Source: Candidatus Sumerlaeaceae bacterium (lineage in GTDB: Bacteria; Sumerlaeota; Sumerlaeia; Sumerlaeales; Sumerlaeaceae). From it: a stretch of 64,000 nt of DNA. Within the stretch, counting starts at the first letter, position 1, and each line of letters starts with the position of its first letter. Both the position numbers and the translations under genes were made by a program. The stretch lies in assembly GCA_051003195.1 (NCBI GenBank), contig JBPCLP010000047.1, positions 96,001 through 160,000 on the forward strand, written 5' to 3'. The notes below the pieces were generated by a model. It worked only from the letters and a program-made list of their open reading frames with translations. It was not told where the DNA came from and made no database searches. Shown here piece after piece: positions 8,403-18,272 of this stretch.

Positions 8403-10952
8403 TCAGTAGAAGCTCGTCAATGTTTCAAGTACTTCTGCCGTTGTACCTTGTTGCACGCGAGCGGGCGGCAAACTCCGCAGGAAAGTCTTTCCGTAAGGCT
8501 TCGTCACAACGCGATGGTCGAGAATCACAACAATGCCCCGGTCCGTCTTCGACCGGATCAGCCGCCCAAACCCCTGCTTAAATTTGATCACGGCCATCGG
8601 CACCGTCATCTCATAAAACGAGCTGCCACCGCGGCGGTCGATGTGCTCTGCGCGCGCTTCCAGGATGGGCGTCGTCGGAACGCTGAATGGCAGTTTTGTC
8701 AGGATCAGGCACTCCAGTGCACGGCCCTGCACATCGACCCCTTCCCAGAACGACGACGTGGCAAAAAGCGCCGCGCGCGAACTGGACCGAAACGCTTCCA
8801 GTAACCGGTGCCGGGGCATCTCACCCTGTCGAAAGGTGGTAATTCCCATCGCCTGCAGTTGGGACTGGGTAAGTGCCAGCGCCTTTTGCAGCGAGCGGTA
8901 CGACGTGAACAACACGAAAGCTCGCCCCTGCGTAATTCGCAGCGTTTCTACGATCACGGGCGCGATGTGCTCCTCGAACTGCCGATCGTTCGGCGGTGGC
9001 AGATCCCGTGGGATACCGATAAGACAGTTGCGTTCGTAGTCGAACGGCGTTCCCACCTTCAGATAGTCCGTTCTTCCAGCTACATCCTCCAGGGTCGACT
9101 GCTGATCCGACGCCGATTCCTCAACCTCGGCCGCCCCCAATCCGAGCTGCCGCGACAGATAATCGAACTTGTTATCAACGGTGAGCGTTGCACTCGTGAG
9201 AATGACCGTCCGTTTTCGCGTAAACAGCGCCGAGCGCAATGCCGGCGCAATATCAAGCGGAGCCGTGCACGGGCGAACCACCGGCCGGTCACGCACATAT
9301 CCCACGTCAAACCAGCGGCAGTAATCTTCATCCCCCGCCTTCAGGAAGAATGTGATCGCATTGCAATGATCTGTCAGCTTCGCAGCCACACTACCTGCCG
9401 CCGTGCGATAATCCGCCAGTTCCAGCAGGAGTTCCTCTGGATAATGCCGCATCAGGTTCAACGCTTTATCCAGCGGGCTGAGCAGACGATTCATCTCGGT
9501 GCGAATTTCTTCCAGAAGCGTACCCGTCTCGCGCCAGTAAGGGCTTTCCGTAACCGTCCGGGTAATGCGCAGCTCCCGCCGTTCTGTACGGTTCAGGGAA
9601 TCCATATGGAAAAATTCCAGCGTACGATGAAACACGTCGGAGAAATGTTCTTCCAGCAGCGGCTCAAGTTCATGGCGCCGGGCTAGCACCTCAGAGTCGA
9701 GCAGCGTGAGAATCTGCGCAGTGACCGCGTACACGTTCCGGCTGTCGTGTTCGAATACAGCGCGCTGCAGGCGGGGGATTGCTCCCTTGTTCTCGCGCAG
9801 CGTTGCAAGCCGGTTGAGCTGCCGCCGGATCGCCAGCAGGCTTGTTTCCGAAGAAAAATACGACGTCGCAACTTCTTCCAGGTTATGCGCCTCGTCAAAT
9901 ACCAGGCGATCGTACGGCGGAAGTATCGCGGTATAATCGTTTCCGGTGTTCTCCTTTTTAAGCGCAATGTCCGCCATCACGAGGTGGTGGTTCGCCACAA
10001 TCACATCGGCGGAGGCAGCTTCACGACGGGATTTGTAAAAGAAGCAGTCGTTGAAATGCGGACATCGCGCACGCAGGCAATCGTCCTTGTCACTGGCGGC
10101 AGCTTCCCATGTCTCATCCGCCACATCAAAGGGCAGATCCGACCGCGACCCATCGTTCGTTGCACCGGACCACTCCAGCAGCTGCTTCAACTCCTTCGAG
10201 CGTTCATCCGGGAAGAGTTCCCCCTCCCGCGCCGCGAATTTAAGGCGCCGACGGCTGATGTAATTGTTGCGGCCCTTCACCAGCACTGCCCGGAAGTTCC
10301 AGTCGAGACGCGTGCGCAGCTCGGGAACGTCCTTATTGATCAGCTGCTCCTGCAGATTGATCGTGTTCGTCGAAATCACGACCCGTTTCTTGTTCGCCTG
10401 GGCCCATGCGATTGCCGGCGCAAGGTACGCAAACGACTTCCCGGTACCCGTGCCGGCCTCAGCTACCGCCAGGCGGTCGCGATTGAAAGCATTGGCAACA
10501 AGCTGCATCATTTGCAGTTGCTGCGGGCGATGTTCGTAGCCCGGCATGCGGCGCGCAAGGTCCCCGTCCGGGCCAAAGTGCCGGAGAAGGGAAGCTACAT
10601 CCAACTCGACGGCAGGCGCTTCGCGGAACGGTTTAACAACCACCCGCACCTGCTCGCACATGTTGTCGACGATATAAAAACCAACGCCGGACTTGCCATA
10701 AAGCGACGCGATGTTAATGTCGGCGTCAGAGGGATCCAGCGTGCCGGAAGGATGGTTGTGAATCAGCACCTGGCCGGGTCGCGCATTCTGTGCTGGCGCC
10801 GGCACCGCATCCCAGTTTCCAAACGCCAGCGGATCAAGTTCGATTACCTCACCAGCGTCGTCGCACGTACCGATCGCGAAAACTTCCTGGCCTCCGCATT
10901 CTGCAATCAGCTGCCGCAGCGATGCCGCGCAATTCTGCGCAATTGTTCCCAC
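8403..10952 (-). CDS. DinG/YoaA-family ATP-dependent helicase with N-terminal RadC-like JAB domain
   Basis: EAGTGTGKS, DEAH, TSATL, FWEGVD and KQGFGRLIR motifs; N-terminal HNHPSG...PSDAD JAB motif. Confidence 0.9.
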   Translation of the reverse strand: MGTIAQNCAASLRQLIAECGGQEVFAIGTCDDAGEVIELDPLAFGNWDAVPAPAQNARPGQVLIHNHPSGTLDPSDADINIASLYGKSGVGFYIVDNMCEQVRVVVKPFREAPAVELDVASLLRHFGPDGDLARRMPGYEHRPQQLQMMQLVANAFNRDRLAVAEAGTGTGKSFAYLAPAIAWAQANKKRVVISTNTINLQEQLINKDVPELRTRLDWNFRAVLVKGRNNYISRRRLKFAAREGELFPDERSKELKQLLEWSGATNDGSRSDLPFDVADETWEAAASDKDDCLRARCPHFNDCFFYKSRREAASADVIVANHHLVMADIALKKENTGNDYTAILPPYDRLVFDEAHNLEEVATSYFSSETSLLAIRRQLNRLATLRENKGAIPRLQRAVFEHDSRNVYAVTAQILTLLDSEVLARRHELEPLLEEHFSDVFHRTLEFFHMDSLNRTERRELRITRTVTESPYWRETGTLLEEIRTEMNRLLSPLDKALNLMRHYPEELLLELADYRTAAGSVAAKLTDHCNAITFFLKAGDEDYCRWFDVGYVRDRPVVRPCTAPLDIAPALRSALFTRKRTVILTSATLTVDNKFDYLSRQLGLGAAEVEESASDQQSTLEDVAGRTDYLKVGTPFDYERNCLIGIPRDLPPPNDRQFEEHIAPVIVETLRITQGRAFVLFTSYRSLQKALALTQSQLQAMGITTFRQGEMPRHRLLEAFRSSSRAALFATSSFWEGVDVQGRALECLILTKLPFSVPTTPILEARAEHIDRRGGSSFYEMTVPMAVIKFKQGFGRLIRSKTDRGIVVILDHRVVTKPYGKTFLRSLPPARVQQGTTAEVLETLTSFY

Positions 10953-11123
10953 TTTGGATGCAATAACTACCGGGATTGTCTCAACGGAAGACAGGCTGGT
11001 ACACCCACTTTCGAGGCATTAAAGACGTGAGATTCTCTGAGGCCCGAAAGTAACGATCGGTGCGCTCGGTTTTAGGGTTTTGCGCATGCATGGAACAAAT
11101 GTACTGCACCAGCCAGCCGAAAA

Positions 11124-11321
11124 TCACGTGAAATCAGCCAATCGGCACCAGCGCTGGATTAGCCGCGTCTTCCCCGTCGCTGCAAGATCCTGAGACGTCC
11201 CGATGCGATCTTGTTCTGTGTAAACTCGTCGCTCGGCGGGAGGTCGGGATAACCAGTTTTCCAGGTCATGCTGATAGTCGGACTCGCTAAGCTTCTTTTT
11301 TCGGATCACCCTGGCAATCAT
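11124..11321 (-). pseudogene. Probable remnant of a small antitoxin-like protein
   Basis: MIARVIRKKKLSE...DLENWLSRPPAER resembles, from memory, small D-x2-Y/N-W-L-S-x-x-P-x-E-R proteins found beside nucleotidyltransferases; diverges after ~32 aa; no partner gene. Confidence 0.35.
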
Positions 11322-11401
11322 ACAAGTTGAAATGGGGTCTGGAAGTCCTTTTGTTGCAACTCTACAGTGCAGATCTTTAACGTCGGAAGTCCAGCCTAAT
11401 T

Positions 11402-12715
11402 GTGAGAGTTCAGCGAAGCAACAGCAGCTCCAGGCACTTGTTTTCCATCACTAATCTGGCCGCATTCCTGGTTTGTACATCGATCCTACGGGCTGCCGAC
11501 CCTTACAGCATTCACGTAGAACCCGGAGTATCAGGCAAGCTGCCCGCCGTAGAGTTCTCCACCACAGGTTCTCTGGTTGACGTTCTGACAACTTTCAGCG
11601 TGCTTACTCTTGAGACAAGCGGTGTCCTGACCACGCGCCACGACCTGCAGACGAGCGCCGCGCAAATCCAGCTTCCTGAAGTGCAGGAGGACACGTACAT
11701 CGAGGTCGCTGTTGCAACCGGCTTCGAGTTCGCTGCCGAGCCTTTTATTTGGCGCACACTTGCCCGGCCTGAAGGCAAACCGCTTATTCTGTATGCGGGG
11801 CGCAAGGAGATGCTTCCACCGCCGGACTTCGATGAATACTGGTCTCGTGCAAAGAAGGAGCTCGCGGCTGTGCCCCTCAAGCCTGTCGTTACACCCGTGG
11901 CGGATAAAGATACCTCCACAGGGCTGCTGTTCAGGGTAGAGCTTCCTTCGGTGCAGGATACTACCATAGTCTGCTGGTATTACGTCCCGCGGGCGGCGTT
12001 TCCCAGTAGCGGACATCCTGGCACGAAAAAATATCCCGCTGTCATTATAGCTCCTGGCTACGGTGCAGAAGAGCCACCGATTGATCGTACGAGCGACGGC
12101 TACATAACCTGTTCGGTCAATCCTCGCAATCATGGCCCTTCTCGTGCATACTGGAAAGCGCCCATCGAGCATCTGATCTACAACATTCTCGATCCAGAAA
12201 ACTATTACTACAAGCTCGCTTTCATCGACTGCCTGCGCGCCGCACAGTTTGTATTTTCACGTGATGAAGTAGACGCCAGACGTGTTGCCACTGAAGGCGG
12301 CAGCCAGGGCGGACTTTTCGCTATTGCTACAGCTGCGCTCGAGCCCCGAATTGCGTGTGTGTGCGCAAACATACCAGCATTTTGCGACTACCCTGATTCC
12401 GTCATCCTGTCACTGAAAGAGCGTTCCATCATCCGGGACCTGCTCAACGAAGCGCCGACAACCTCCGCGCAGGTGAGTAAGACGCTCAGTTACGTCGATG
12501 GTGTCAGCATGATAACTCGATTGAAGGCCCCGGTGCAGATCAATATGGGGGACCAGGATCCAATCTGCCCTTATCTCACTGGCATCGTTTTGTATAATAG
12601 AGTCCCCAAAGGCGTTCCGCGCGAGTTCCATGTCGCGCCCGATTGCAAACATGCCGTGCCCTTAATCATGCGCCAATGGAACGCTGCATGGTACAAACAT
12701 TGGCTGAAGCAATAA
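11402..12715 (+). CDS. Secreted acetylxylan esterase/cephalosporin-C deacetylase (CE7) with extra N-terminal domain
   Basis: PPDFDEYWSRAKKEL, GGSQGG nucleophile, DPICP and terminal His; signal peptide. Confidence 0.85.
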   Translation: MRVQRSNSSSRHLFSITNLAAFLVCTSILRAADPYSIHVEPGVSGKLPAVEFSTTGSLVDVLTTFSVLTLETSGVLTTRHDLQTSAAQIQLPEVQEDTYIEVAVATGFEFAAEPFIWRTLARPEGKPLILYAGRKEMLPPPDFDEYWSRAKKELAAVPLKPVVTPVADKDTSTGLLFRVELPSVQDTTIVCWYYVPRAAFPSSGHPGTKKYPAVIIAPGYGAEEPPIDRTSDGYITCSVNPRNHGPSRAYWKAPIEHLIYNILDPENYYYKLAFIDCLRAAQFVFSRDEVDARRVATEGGSQGGLFAIATAALEPRIACVCANIPAFCDYPDSVILSLKERSIIRDLLNEAPTTSAQVSKTLSYVDGVSMITRLKAPVQINMGDQDPICPYLTGIVLYNRVPKGVPREFHVAPDCKHAVPLIMRQWNAAWYKHWLKQ

Positions 12716-12806
12716 TGGTCCAAAAAGCTATGCCGGCAAAATCAGCCTTCGATACCAATGGCAATACCGCGCGATTGCTTTTGCCGGTCGGTCCCGAGAC
12801 CTGCGT

Positions 12807-14849
12807 TTGAAGATTCTCGTCACGGGTGCGACCGGGTTCATAGGCTCGCGCTTTTGTGAAATTGCGGCGCTGAACGGGCATGAAATTATAGCGCTCGTGC
12901 GGCCGGGACGCACATACTCCCGGCCGTGGGCGAGTGTCTATGGCACCTTACCTTACGACGTGCCAACCCGCGCCTGGGCTGGCGTGCATGCGTGTGTACA
13001 CTGCGCTGCCATCACCATGAGCTCTGCCCGTTCTGAAAGCGAAGCCGTGAACCTGGACGGTACGCGGTTTCTGCTGGAAGCTGCAAAACTCGCGGACGTC
13101 CAGCGCTTCATATTTCTTTCCTCCCAATCGGCTCACGAGCACGCGGTCAGCGCGTATGCGATCACGAAGCGCGAAGCCGAGCAGGTCATTCGGGCCGCGC
13201 CCGTCCCCTATGCCATCCTTCGCCCCGGACTTGTCTATGGTCCCGGAGAATTGGGGCTTTTCTGGCGCATGCGGCAATCCATCCGCAAACTCCCGGTTCT
13301 GCCGCTGCTGGGAGGCGGTAGTGCATTAGTGCAGCCGGTACACGTTGACGATCTGTGTGCGGCAATTCTGAAATGTCTGGGCCTGCCACCGCATTTAAAC
13401 GAAGAGTTAAACCTGGGCGATCCCGAAGGCCTGCCGCTGCGGGAATTTCTTCAGGAGATCGAGTTCGCGGAGCGCGGAAAGCGAAAGCTGGCCCTGCGAA
13501 TCCCGCTGGGTCCCGTCAAAGCTGTTGTCGCGGCGGGCGAAAAGCTGCGGCTTCCATTGCCCATCAGCTCCGACAATTTGCGGGGTATGGAAGTTGTCCA
13601 GCGAATGGATAGTGCCGCGTCCTTACAGCGACTCGGGCTAACCCTTCGTCCGATAAGAGCAGGGATGGCCGAAAGTCTGGGGAAATCGGGAACCTCAGTG
13701 CCTGCTCCCCGTGTTGAGATGCTGTCGTCGATTCCACCCCCTGTGCGGCTGCTGCTGATTGGCGCCGGCAAAATCGGTATTGTACACGCCCTCAACGCAC
13801 GTCAGCGCGAGGACGAGGAATTGGTTGGCATCGTCGATCCGAACCCAAAGGCGTTCTCGCTTTACAAAAGCATGGGTTTTCGGACAGCGTACTACACCGA
13901 TATTGAACAGGCCGTACGCGAACAGCAACCCCGCGCGGCGATCATCGCAACCCCGGCATCTACCCACCTTGAGCTCGCCCGCTGGTGCATGCAACGCGGC
14001 CTGCCGGCACTTGTCGAAAAGCCGCTCGCCATCTGCCCGGAAGATGTCCTTCAATTCCGCACCCTCGCCCGACAATATTCTGACGTGCCGTGCGCGGTGG
14101 GTTACATGGCTGCGCAATTTCCACACTTCGGACGCGCCCAGCAGATCATACAATCGGCCGTACTCGGTCGAGTGGTCAGCTTCCGCGTCCTTGCGCTGCA
14201 GTCACATATCATGGGCGCAAAACCAGTACGCTGGGAAATGATCGCAGCGAAATCCGGAGGCGGTGCACTCATCAACTTCGCGGGCCACGTGGTTTCCATG
14301 GTGTTCCGCCTTTTCGGTGTTCCGTCCCAGGTGGAATCCGCTCGTTGGGGAATTCATTCGACCGAAGTGGAAGATGCCGTGGTTGCGAAACTCAGGTACC
14401 CCGACTTCTCAGGCGAGCTACTCTCCAGTTGGTCAGCGCCCGGTTACCCGCGCCCGCAGAATCTTGTCGAAGTGAAGTGCGACCGCGGAACCATTTTAAT
14501 CGAAAACTTCGGAACAAGCATCCGTTCTGGCGGGCGCACCGAGCAATTCTGGTCTCAGCGAGAATTCGACGTGGGCTACAACGCCTCACCGGATTACACA
14601 GGTGCGGGCTTCGCTGCGGAGCACCAGAACTTCATCCGCGCAATTCGCGGTGAAGCCGCGCCCGATGAATTCTCTTCGCTTCCAGTCGGCATCGAAGAAG
14701 CGATCCAGCTCGAACAATGGATCTTTAATTTGTATCGCGCGACTCCGCTGCAATTGCCGGAAGCCGACCGGCTCCCCGCCCTGCTCGCCAATCGCGAAAT
14801 GCTGGAAAAAGCACAGCAGCTACGCGCGCTGGCCGGAAGTCACAACTGA
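12807..14849 (+). CDS. Fusion of NAD-dependent epimerase/dehydratase (extended SDR) and Gfo/Idh/MocA oxidoreductase
   Basis: KILVTGATGFIG and YAITK (YxxxK) in the N half; LIGAGKIG, ATPASTH, VEKP and GGGALINFAGH in the C half. Confidence 0.85.
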   Translation: MKILVTGATGFIGSRFCEIAALNGHEIIALVRPGRTYSRPWASVYGTLPYDVPTRAWAGVHACVHCAAITMSSARSESEAVNLDGTRFLLEAAKLADVQRFIFLSSQSAHEHAVSAYAITKREAEQVIRAAPVPYAILRPGLVYGPGELGLFWRMRQSIRKLPVLPLLGGGSALVQPVHVDDLCAAILKCLGLPPHLNEELNLGDPEGLPLREFLQEIEFAERGKRKLALRIPLGPVKAVVAAGEKLRLPLPISSDNLRGMEVVQRMDSAASLQRLGLTLRPIRAGMAESLGKSGTSVPAPRVEMLSSIPPPVRLLLIGAGKIGIVHALNARQREDEELVGIVDPNPKAFSLYKSMGFRTAYYTDIEQAVREQQPRAAIIATPASTHLELARWCMQRGLPALVEKPLAICPEDVLQFRTLARQYSDVPCAVGYMAAQFPHFGRAQQIIQSAVLGRVVSFRVLALQSHIMGAKPVRWEMIAAKSGGGALINFAGHVVSMVFRLFGVPSQVESARWGIHSTEVEDAVVAKLRYPDFSGELLSSWSAPGYPRPQNLVEVKCDRGTILIENFGTSIRSGGRTEQFWSQREFDVGYNASPDYTGAGFAAEHQNFIRAIRGEAAPDEFSSLPVGIEEAIQLEQWIFNLYRATPLQLPEADRLPALLANREMLEKAQQLRALAGSHN

Positions 14850-15607
14850 TGCTATACCGCGACCTGCGATCATCGAGCGCTGCCGACGCACAAGCCGCGC
14901 TGCAGGCTGCTGCCAATGACGGTGGTTATGTCACCGCGTGGCAGATAGCAATAATGGACAGGCAGGCCTGGAGCGCACGGCAGGACCAGCTGATTGTCAC
15001 CGTTCCAGATTTTCTTAACTATGCACGTCTGTTAAACACCGGCCAGGCCGTTTCGATGGCAAGGCTCGCCGGCCTCACAAGAAGCGCGGTAGCCGCGACG
15101 CAGGCAGGCATCGGTTCTATCGGTAAGCTGCCATGCCTCGCGAAAATGGATTTCTGGTCAGTGGCGGAAGTTCTGCTACGCTACGATCTCGCGTTGCTTC
15201 CCAAACAGTTTCAAGGCACACTGTGTCTGCACAGTCATTTGACGGATTTCGCGTGCGTTTTCGAACGCGCCGATTTTCTGCGCACCTTCTTTAACCTGGG
15301 CACCACACGCGCAGGCATCCATACGCAACAATTGCCGAGTTCCCTCACTTGTATCAGCCGCTGGCAATTGCGCCCGTCGCGAATTTCCTTCCTGTGTGCC
15401 TCCGGCGATAAAGACGGGGCAGCAGCATTAAACCTTGCTCGATCTTCGGACTTGCTTACAAATACCCAGCTTATTGCGGAGATGGATAGCTGGCCCGCCG
15501 ATCTGCAGCGCATGTCAATCGCAGAACAAATGTACAGCACCGGGCTCGACGGCATCCTTGTTTCCCCGGCCGCGACAGATGTAGTCCTGCCGTTGCAGAC
15601 AACCTGA
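14849..15607 (+). CDS. Hypothetical protein, translationally coupled to the oxidoreductase
   Basis: TGATG stop/start overlap; 252-aa ORF filling the gap. Confidence 0.7.
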   Translation: MLYRDLRSSSAADAQAALQAAANDGGYVTAWQIAIMDRQAWSARQDQLIVTVPDFLNYARLLNTGQAVSMARLAGLTRSAVAATQAGIGSIGKLPCLAKMDFWSVAEVLLRYDLALLPKQFQGTLCLHSHLTDFACVFERADFLRTFFNLGTTRAGIHTQQLPSSLTCISRWQLRPSRISFLCASGDKDGAAALNLARSSDLLTNTQLIAEMDSWPADLQRMSIAEQMYSTGLDGILVSPAATDVVLPLQTT

Positions 15608-15627
15608 TCCGTTGCTAACGTTTTAAT

Positions 15628-15657
15628 TTGACTCCTTAAATGTGATTGCGCAGTAAT
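15628..15657 (+). promoter_or_regulatory. Candidate sigma70 promoter of the csp gene (implies ~180-nt 5' UTR)
   Basis: TTGACT-N17-CAGTAAT in AT-rich DNA; long 5' UTRs are typical of csp genes; -10 is non-consensus. Confidence 0.4.
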
Positions 15658-15840
15658 TACTCATCTTTTTTCGAGTGGTCTTAGGTTGGTAGTCGAAACA
15701 CGTTTTTACATGCATCATCACCGGGGCGATGGGACGCCTGATATTTCGTTGTCCCAATTATTTGCATGCCCCGCACCCTCCCTTACCCAGGCGCGATCTT
15801 CTGTAACTCTGAAATCCATATGGCGGGAGGTGAGCAGTAT

Positions 15841-16047
15841 ATGCCGATAGGCAAGGTAAAGTGGTTCAATGACAAGAAGGGCTTTGGGTTCATTGAGCCA
15901 GACGGTGGCGGCGAAGATATTTTCGTGCACCACACGTCCATCATGAGCGATGGCTTCCGCACACTGGCCGAAGGTCAGGGAGTGCAATTCGAAGTTGTCC
16001 GCGGACCGAAAGGAATGCAGGCGACGAACGTCCAGAAAATGATGTAA
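15841..16047 (+). CDS. csp: Cold-shock protein
   Basis: [15 protein letters not shown] (RNP1) and DIFVHH (RNP2); GGAGGT RBS. Confidence 0.95.
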   Translation: MPIGKVKWFNDKKGFGFIEPDGGGEDIFVHHTSIMSDGFRTLAEGQGVQFEVVRGPKGMQATNVQKMM

Positions 16048-16171
16048 GTTTCTGGCGACAGTTGCAGGGTCGGAGTACCCCGTAGTTTTTGTACAGTTGC
16101 TGATGTGGCGCGTGCGGTTGAGGTACTGCTCGCGTTGTATGGTTGGGAGGTTGACAGGTTAACGTCTCCGC

Positions 16172-16198
16172 AAGGCGCCGAAAGGCGCTTTTTTCTTT
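16172..16198 (+). terminator. Intrinsic terminator after csp
   Basis: AAGGCGCC-GAAA-GGCGCTTT stem-loop followed by a T-run. Confidence 0.8.
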
Positions 16199-16255
16199 GT
16201 GCGGAAGATTATTTGCCAGACTACGAACTAACGGCCCAACACCAGCGCGCCACAA

Positions 16256-16582
16256 TCACGCCGCGAACGATGTTCCGCAGCCGCACGTCTTTGTAGCGTT
16301 CGGATTCTCAAAACGGAAGCCCCCGCCCATGAGGTCCGTTGAGAAATCAAGCGTCAGCCCATTCAGGTAAAAATAGCTCTTCGAGTCGCAGAAGACATTA
16401 AATCCTTCATACTCAAAGATCTTGTCCTTCTCCTCAGCAGTCTCGGCAATGTCCATGGTGTACGAAAGTCCCGAGCAGCCGCCGCCTTTCACGCCCACGC
16501 GCACACCCCAGCCGTGCTTCTTCTGGGAGTCGAGTATCTGGCGCACCTGCTTTTGTGCGGATTCGGTTACTACAATGGGCAT
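16256..16582 (-). CDS. iscA: A-type Fe-S carrier (IscA/HesB)
   Basis: GGGCSGLSY and NPNATKTCGCGTSF; AGGAG RBS before ATG 16582. Confidence 0.93.
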   Translation of the reverse strand: MPIVVTESAQKQVRQILDSQKKHGWGVRVGVKGGGCSGLSYTMDIAETAEEKDKIFEYEGFNVFCDSKSYFYLNGLTLDFSTDLMGGGFRFENPNATKTCGCGTSFAA

Positions 16583-16640
16583 CCTGTTGCTCCTGCTTAG
16601 ATTTTCGTCAATCTCTCGTACAGTTCCACACGGTGAATCA

Positions 16641-17819
16641 TCACTCGTTTTGCGCCGCTGCCAAACCCAGCCCCCGCAGGCGTTTGACTGCCCCCGCAAC
16701 CTGCTCAGCCACTAAATCCACCTGCTCCGGCGTATTTGCGCGCCCCAGACCGAAACGGATCGAGCTGTGAACCAGCTCTTTGGAAATACCCATCGCCGCC
16801 AACACATGCGAGGGTTCCTGCTTTGCCGAGGTGCATGCACTGCCGGAACTGACCGCCGCCACGTCTCGCAGCGCCACGATGAGCGACTCGCCCTCAACAC
16901 CCGCGAAGCTCACGTTCAAATTGTTTGGCAGTCGATTCTCCATTGTTCCATTCACACTTACACCATCAATTTGCGCCTGTAGTTTCCCAAGCAAGCGGTC
17001 GCGCAGAGCACGTAAACGCAGAGCTTCCCCTTCCATTTCCCGCAAAGCAATATCGCAGGCTGCGCCAAGCCCTACGATGCCCGGTACGTTCAGGGTCCCC
17101 GGCCGGATGCCCCGCTCGTGTCCACCCCCATGGTGCAGGGGAGCGATCCGCATCCTTGGCGTGCGACGCCGAACCACTAGCGCGCCAACCCCTTTAGGCC
17201 CGTACAGCTTGTGTGCGCTGATGGATAACAGGTCGATATTTGCAGCGAGAATCTTCAATGCTATCCTGCCGCAAGACTGCGCCGCGTCCACGTGAAACAG
17301 GACGCCTGCGGCCTCGGCAATCTCGCCGACCTTCTCCACCGGGTGCACTGTCCCTACCTCGTTATTGGCATGCATCAGGCTGATAAGGAAAGTGCCATCA
17401 TCTACCGCCGCGCGCAGCAGCTCCAGGTCCAGCGTACCATCGGGTTGTACTGGAAGATAGGTAACGCGTATCCCATCGCTCTGCAGGTACTTGCACGTAT
17501 CGAGGGTGGCGCTGTGTTCGGTCACACACGTCACAACATGATCTTTTTTGCCTCGGAAATTCCGCGCCGCACCGATGAGCGCCACGTTGATACTTTCCGT
17601 TGCCCCCGAGGTAAAAACCACCTCTTTGGTTTCGGCTCCCACCAGTGCCGCAACCTGGCCGCGCGCGTGTTCCACCGCTTCCGCTGCGCGCCAGCCATAC
17701 GGGTGCGTTCGGCTGGAGGCATTGCCAAACTCCTGCAAAAAGAATGGCAGCATCGCCGTCAGCACCCGCTCGTCCACAGGCGTGGTAGAGTGGTGATCCA
17801 TGTAGATCGGTAGAGACAT
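16641..17819 (-). CDS. iscS: Cysteine desulfurase
   Basis: YMDHHSTTPVD, FTSGATES, SAHKLYGPKG (PLP Lys) and SSGSACTS (catalytic Cys). Confidence 0.93.
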   Translation of the reverse strand: MSLPIYMDHHSTTPVDERVLTAMLPFFLQEFGNASSRTHPYGWRAAEAVEHARGQVAALVGAETKEVVFTSGATESINVALIGAARNFRGKKDHVVTCVTEHSATLDTCKYLQSDGIRVTYLPVQPDGTLDLELLRAAVDDGTFLISLMHANNEVGTVHPVEKVGEIAEAAGVLFHVDAAQSCGRIALKILAANIDLLSISAHKLYGPKGVGALVVRRRTPRMRIAPLHHGGGHERGIRPGTLNVPGIVGLGAACDIALREMEGEALRLRALRDRLLGKLQAQIDGVSVNGTMENRLPNNLNVSFAGVEGESLIVALRDVAAVSSGSACTSAKQEPSHVLAAMGISKELVHSSIRFGLGRANTPEQVDLVAEQVAGAVKRLRGLGLAAAQNE

Positions 17820-17923
17820 TACAGAAATGTTTACCATTGATCTGCCAACTATGTGCACGACGGAATGCAACTGTGGCACGTGAATGTATTAGATTCGGGC
17901 AAATCCGCCCTAAAGGAAATATC

Positions 17924-18166
17924 ATGAACTTCCGAGCGCTGATTGCTGCAGGCGTCGCTGCCGCAACAACGGGTACCGCGGTGGCTGACTACGCCGGAAC
18001 ACCACAGCGCGAGTACATGGGGCGTACCTACCTCATCACTTCCGTACGCTATATCGGCCCGATCTGGTATGCTGGCGACGGTAAAGTCGTTCGCGGCTCA
18101 GAGAATGGTAGGTCCCGGCTCGTGCGCCTCGACGGCGAAACCTGGGTTCCCGCCAGAAAGTATTAA
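17924..18166 (+). CDS. Small secreted hypothetical protein
   Basis: AAAGGA RBS; signal peptide MNFRALIAAGVAAATTGTAVA. Confidence 0.65.
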   Translation: MNFRALIAAGVAAATTGTAVADYAGTPQREYMGRTYLITSVRYIGPIWYAGDGKVVRGSENGRSRLVRLDGETWVPARKY

Positions 18167-18172
18167 TTCCGG

Positions 18173-18272
18173 CTAGTGTTGTGTCCCATTAATTCGTTCA
18201 CTGGTTTTGTGTGCCGTCCGAGCTCAAAAGCTTACTGAAATATAGTTATGAACTTCTGGGACGGCACACTCG
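18173..18272 (+). mobile_element. ~100-bp MITE-like repeat, subfamily B copy 1
   Basis: CTAGTGT...GGGACGGCACACTCG; closely matches the reverse complement of 26698-26792. Confidence 0.8.
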
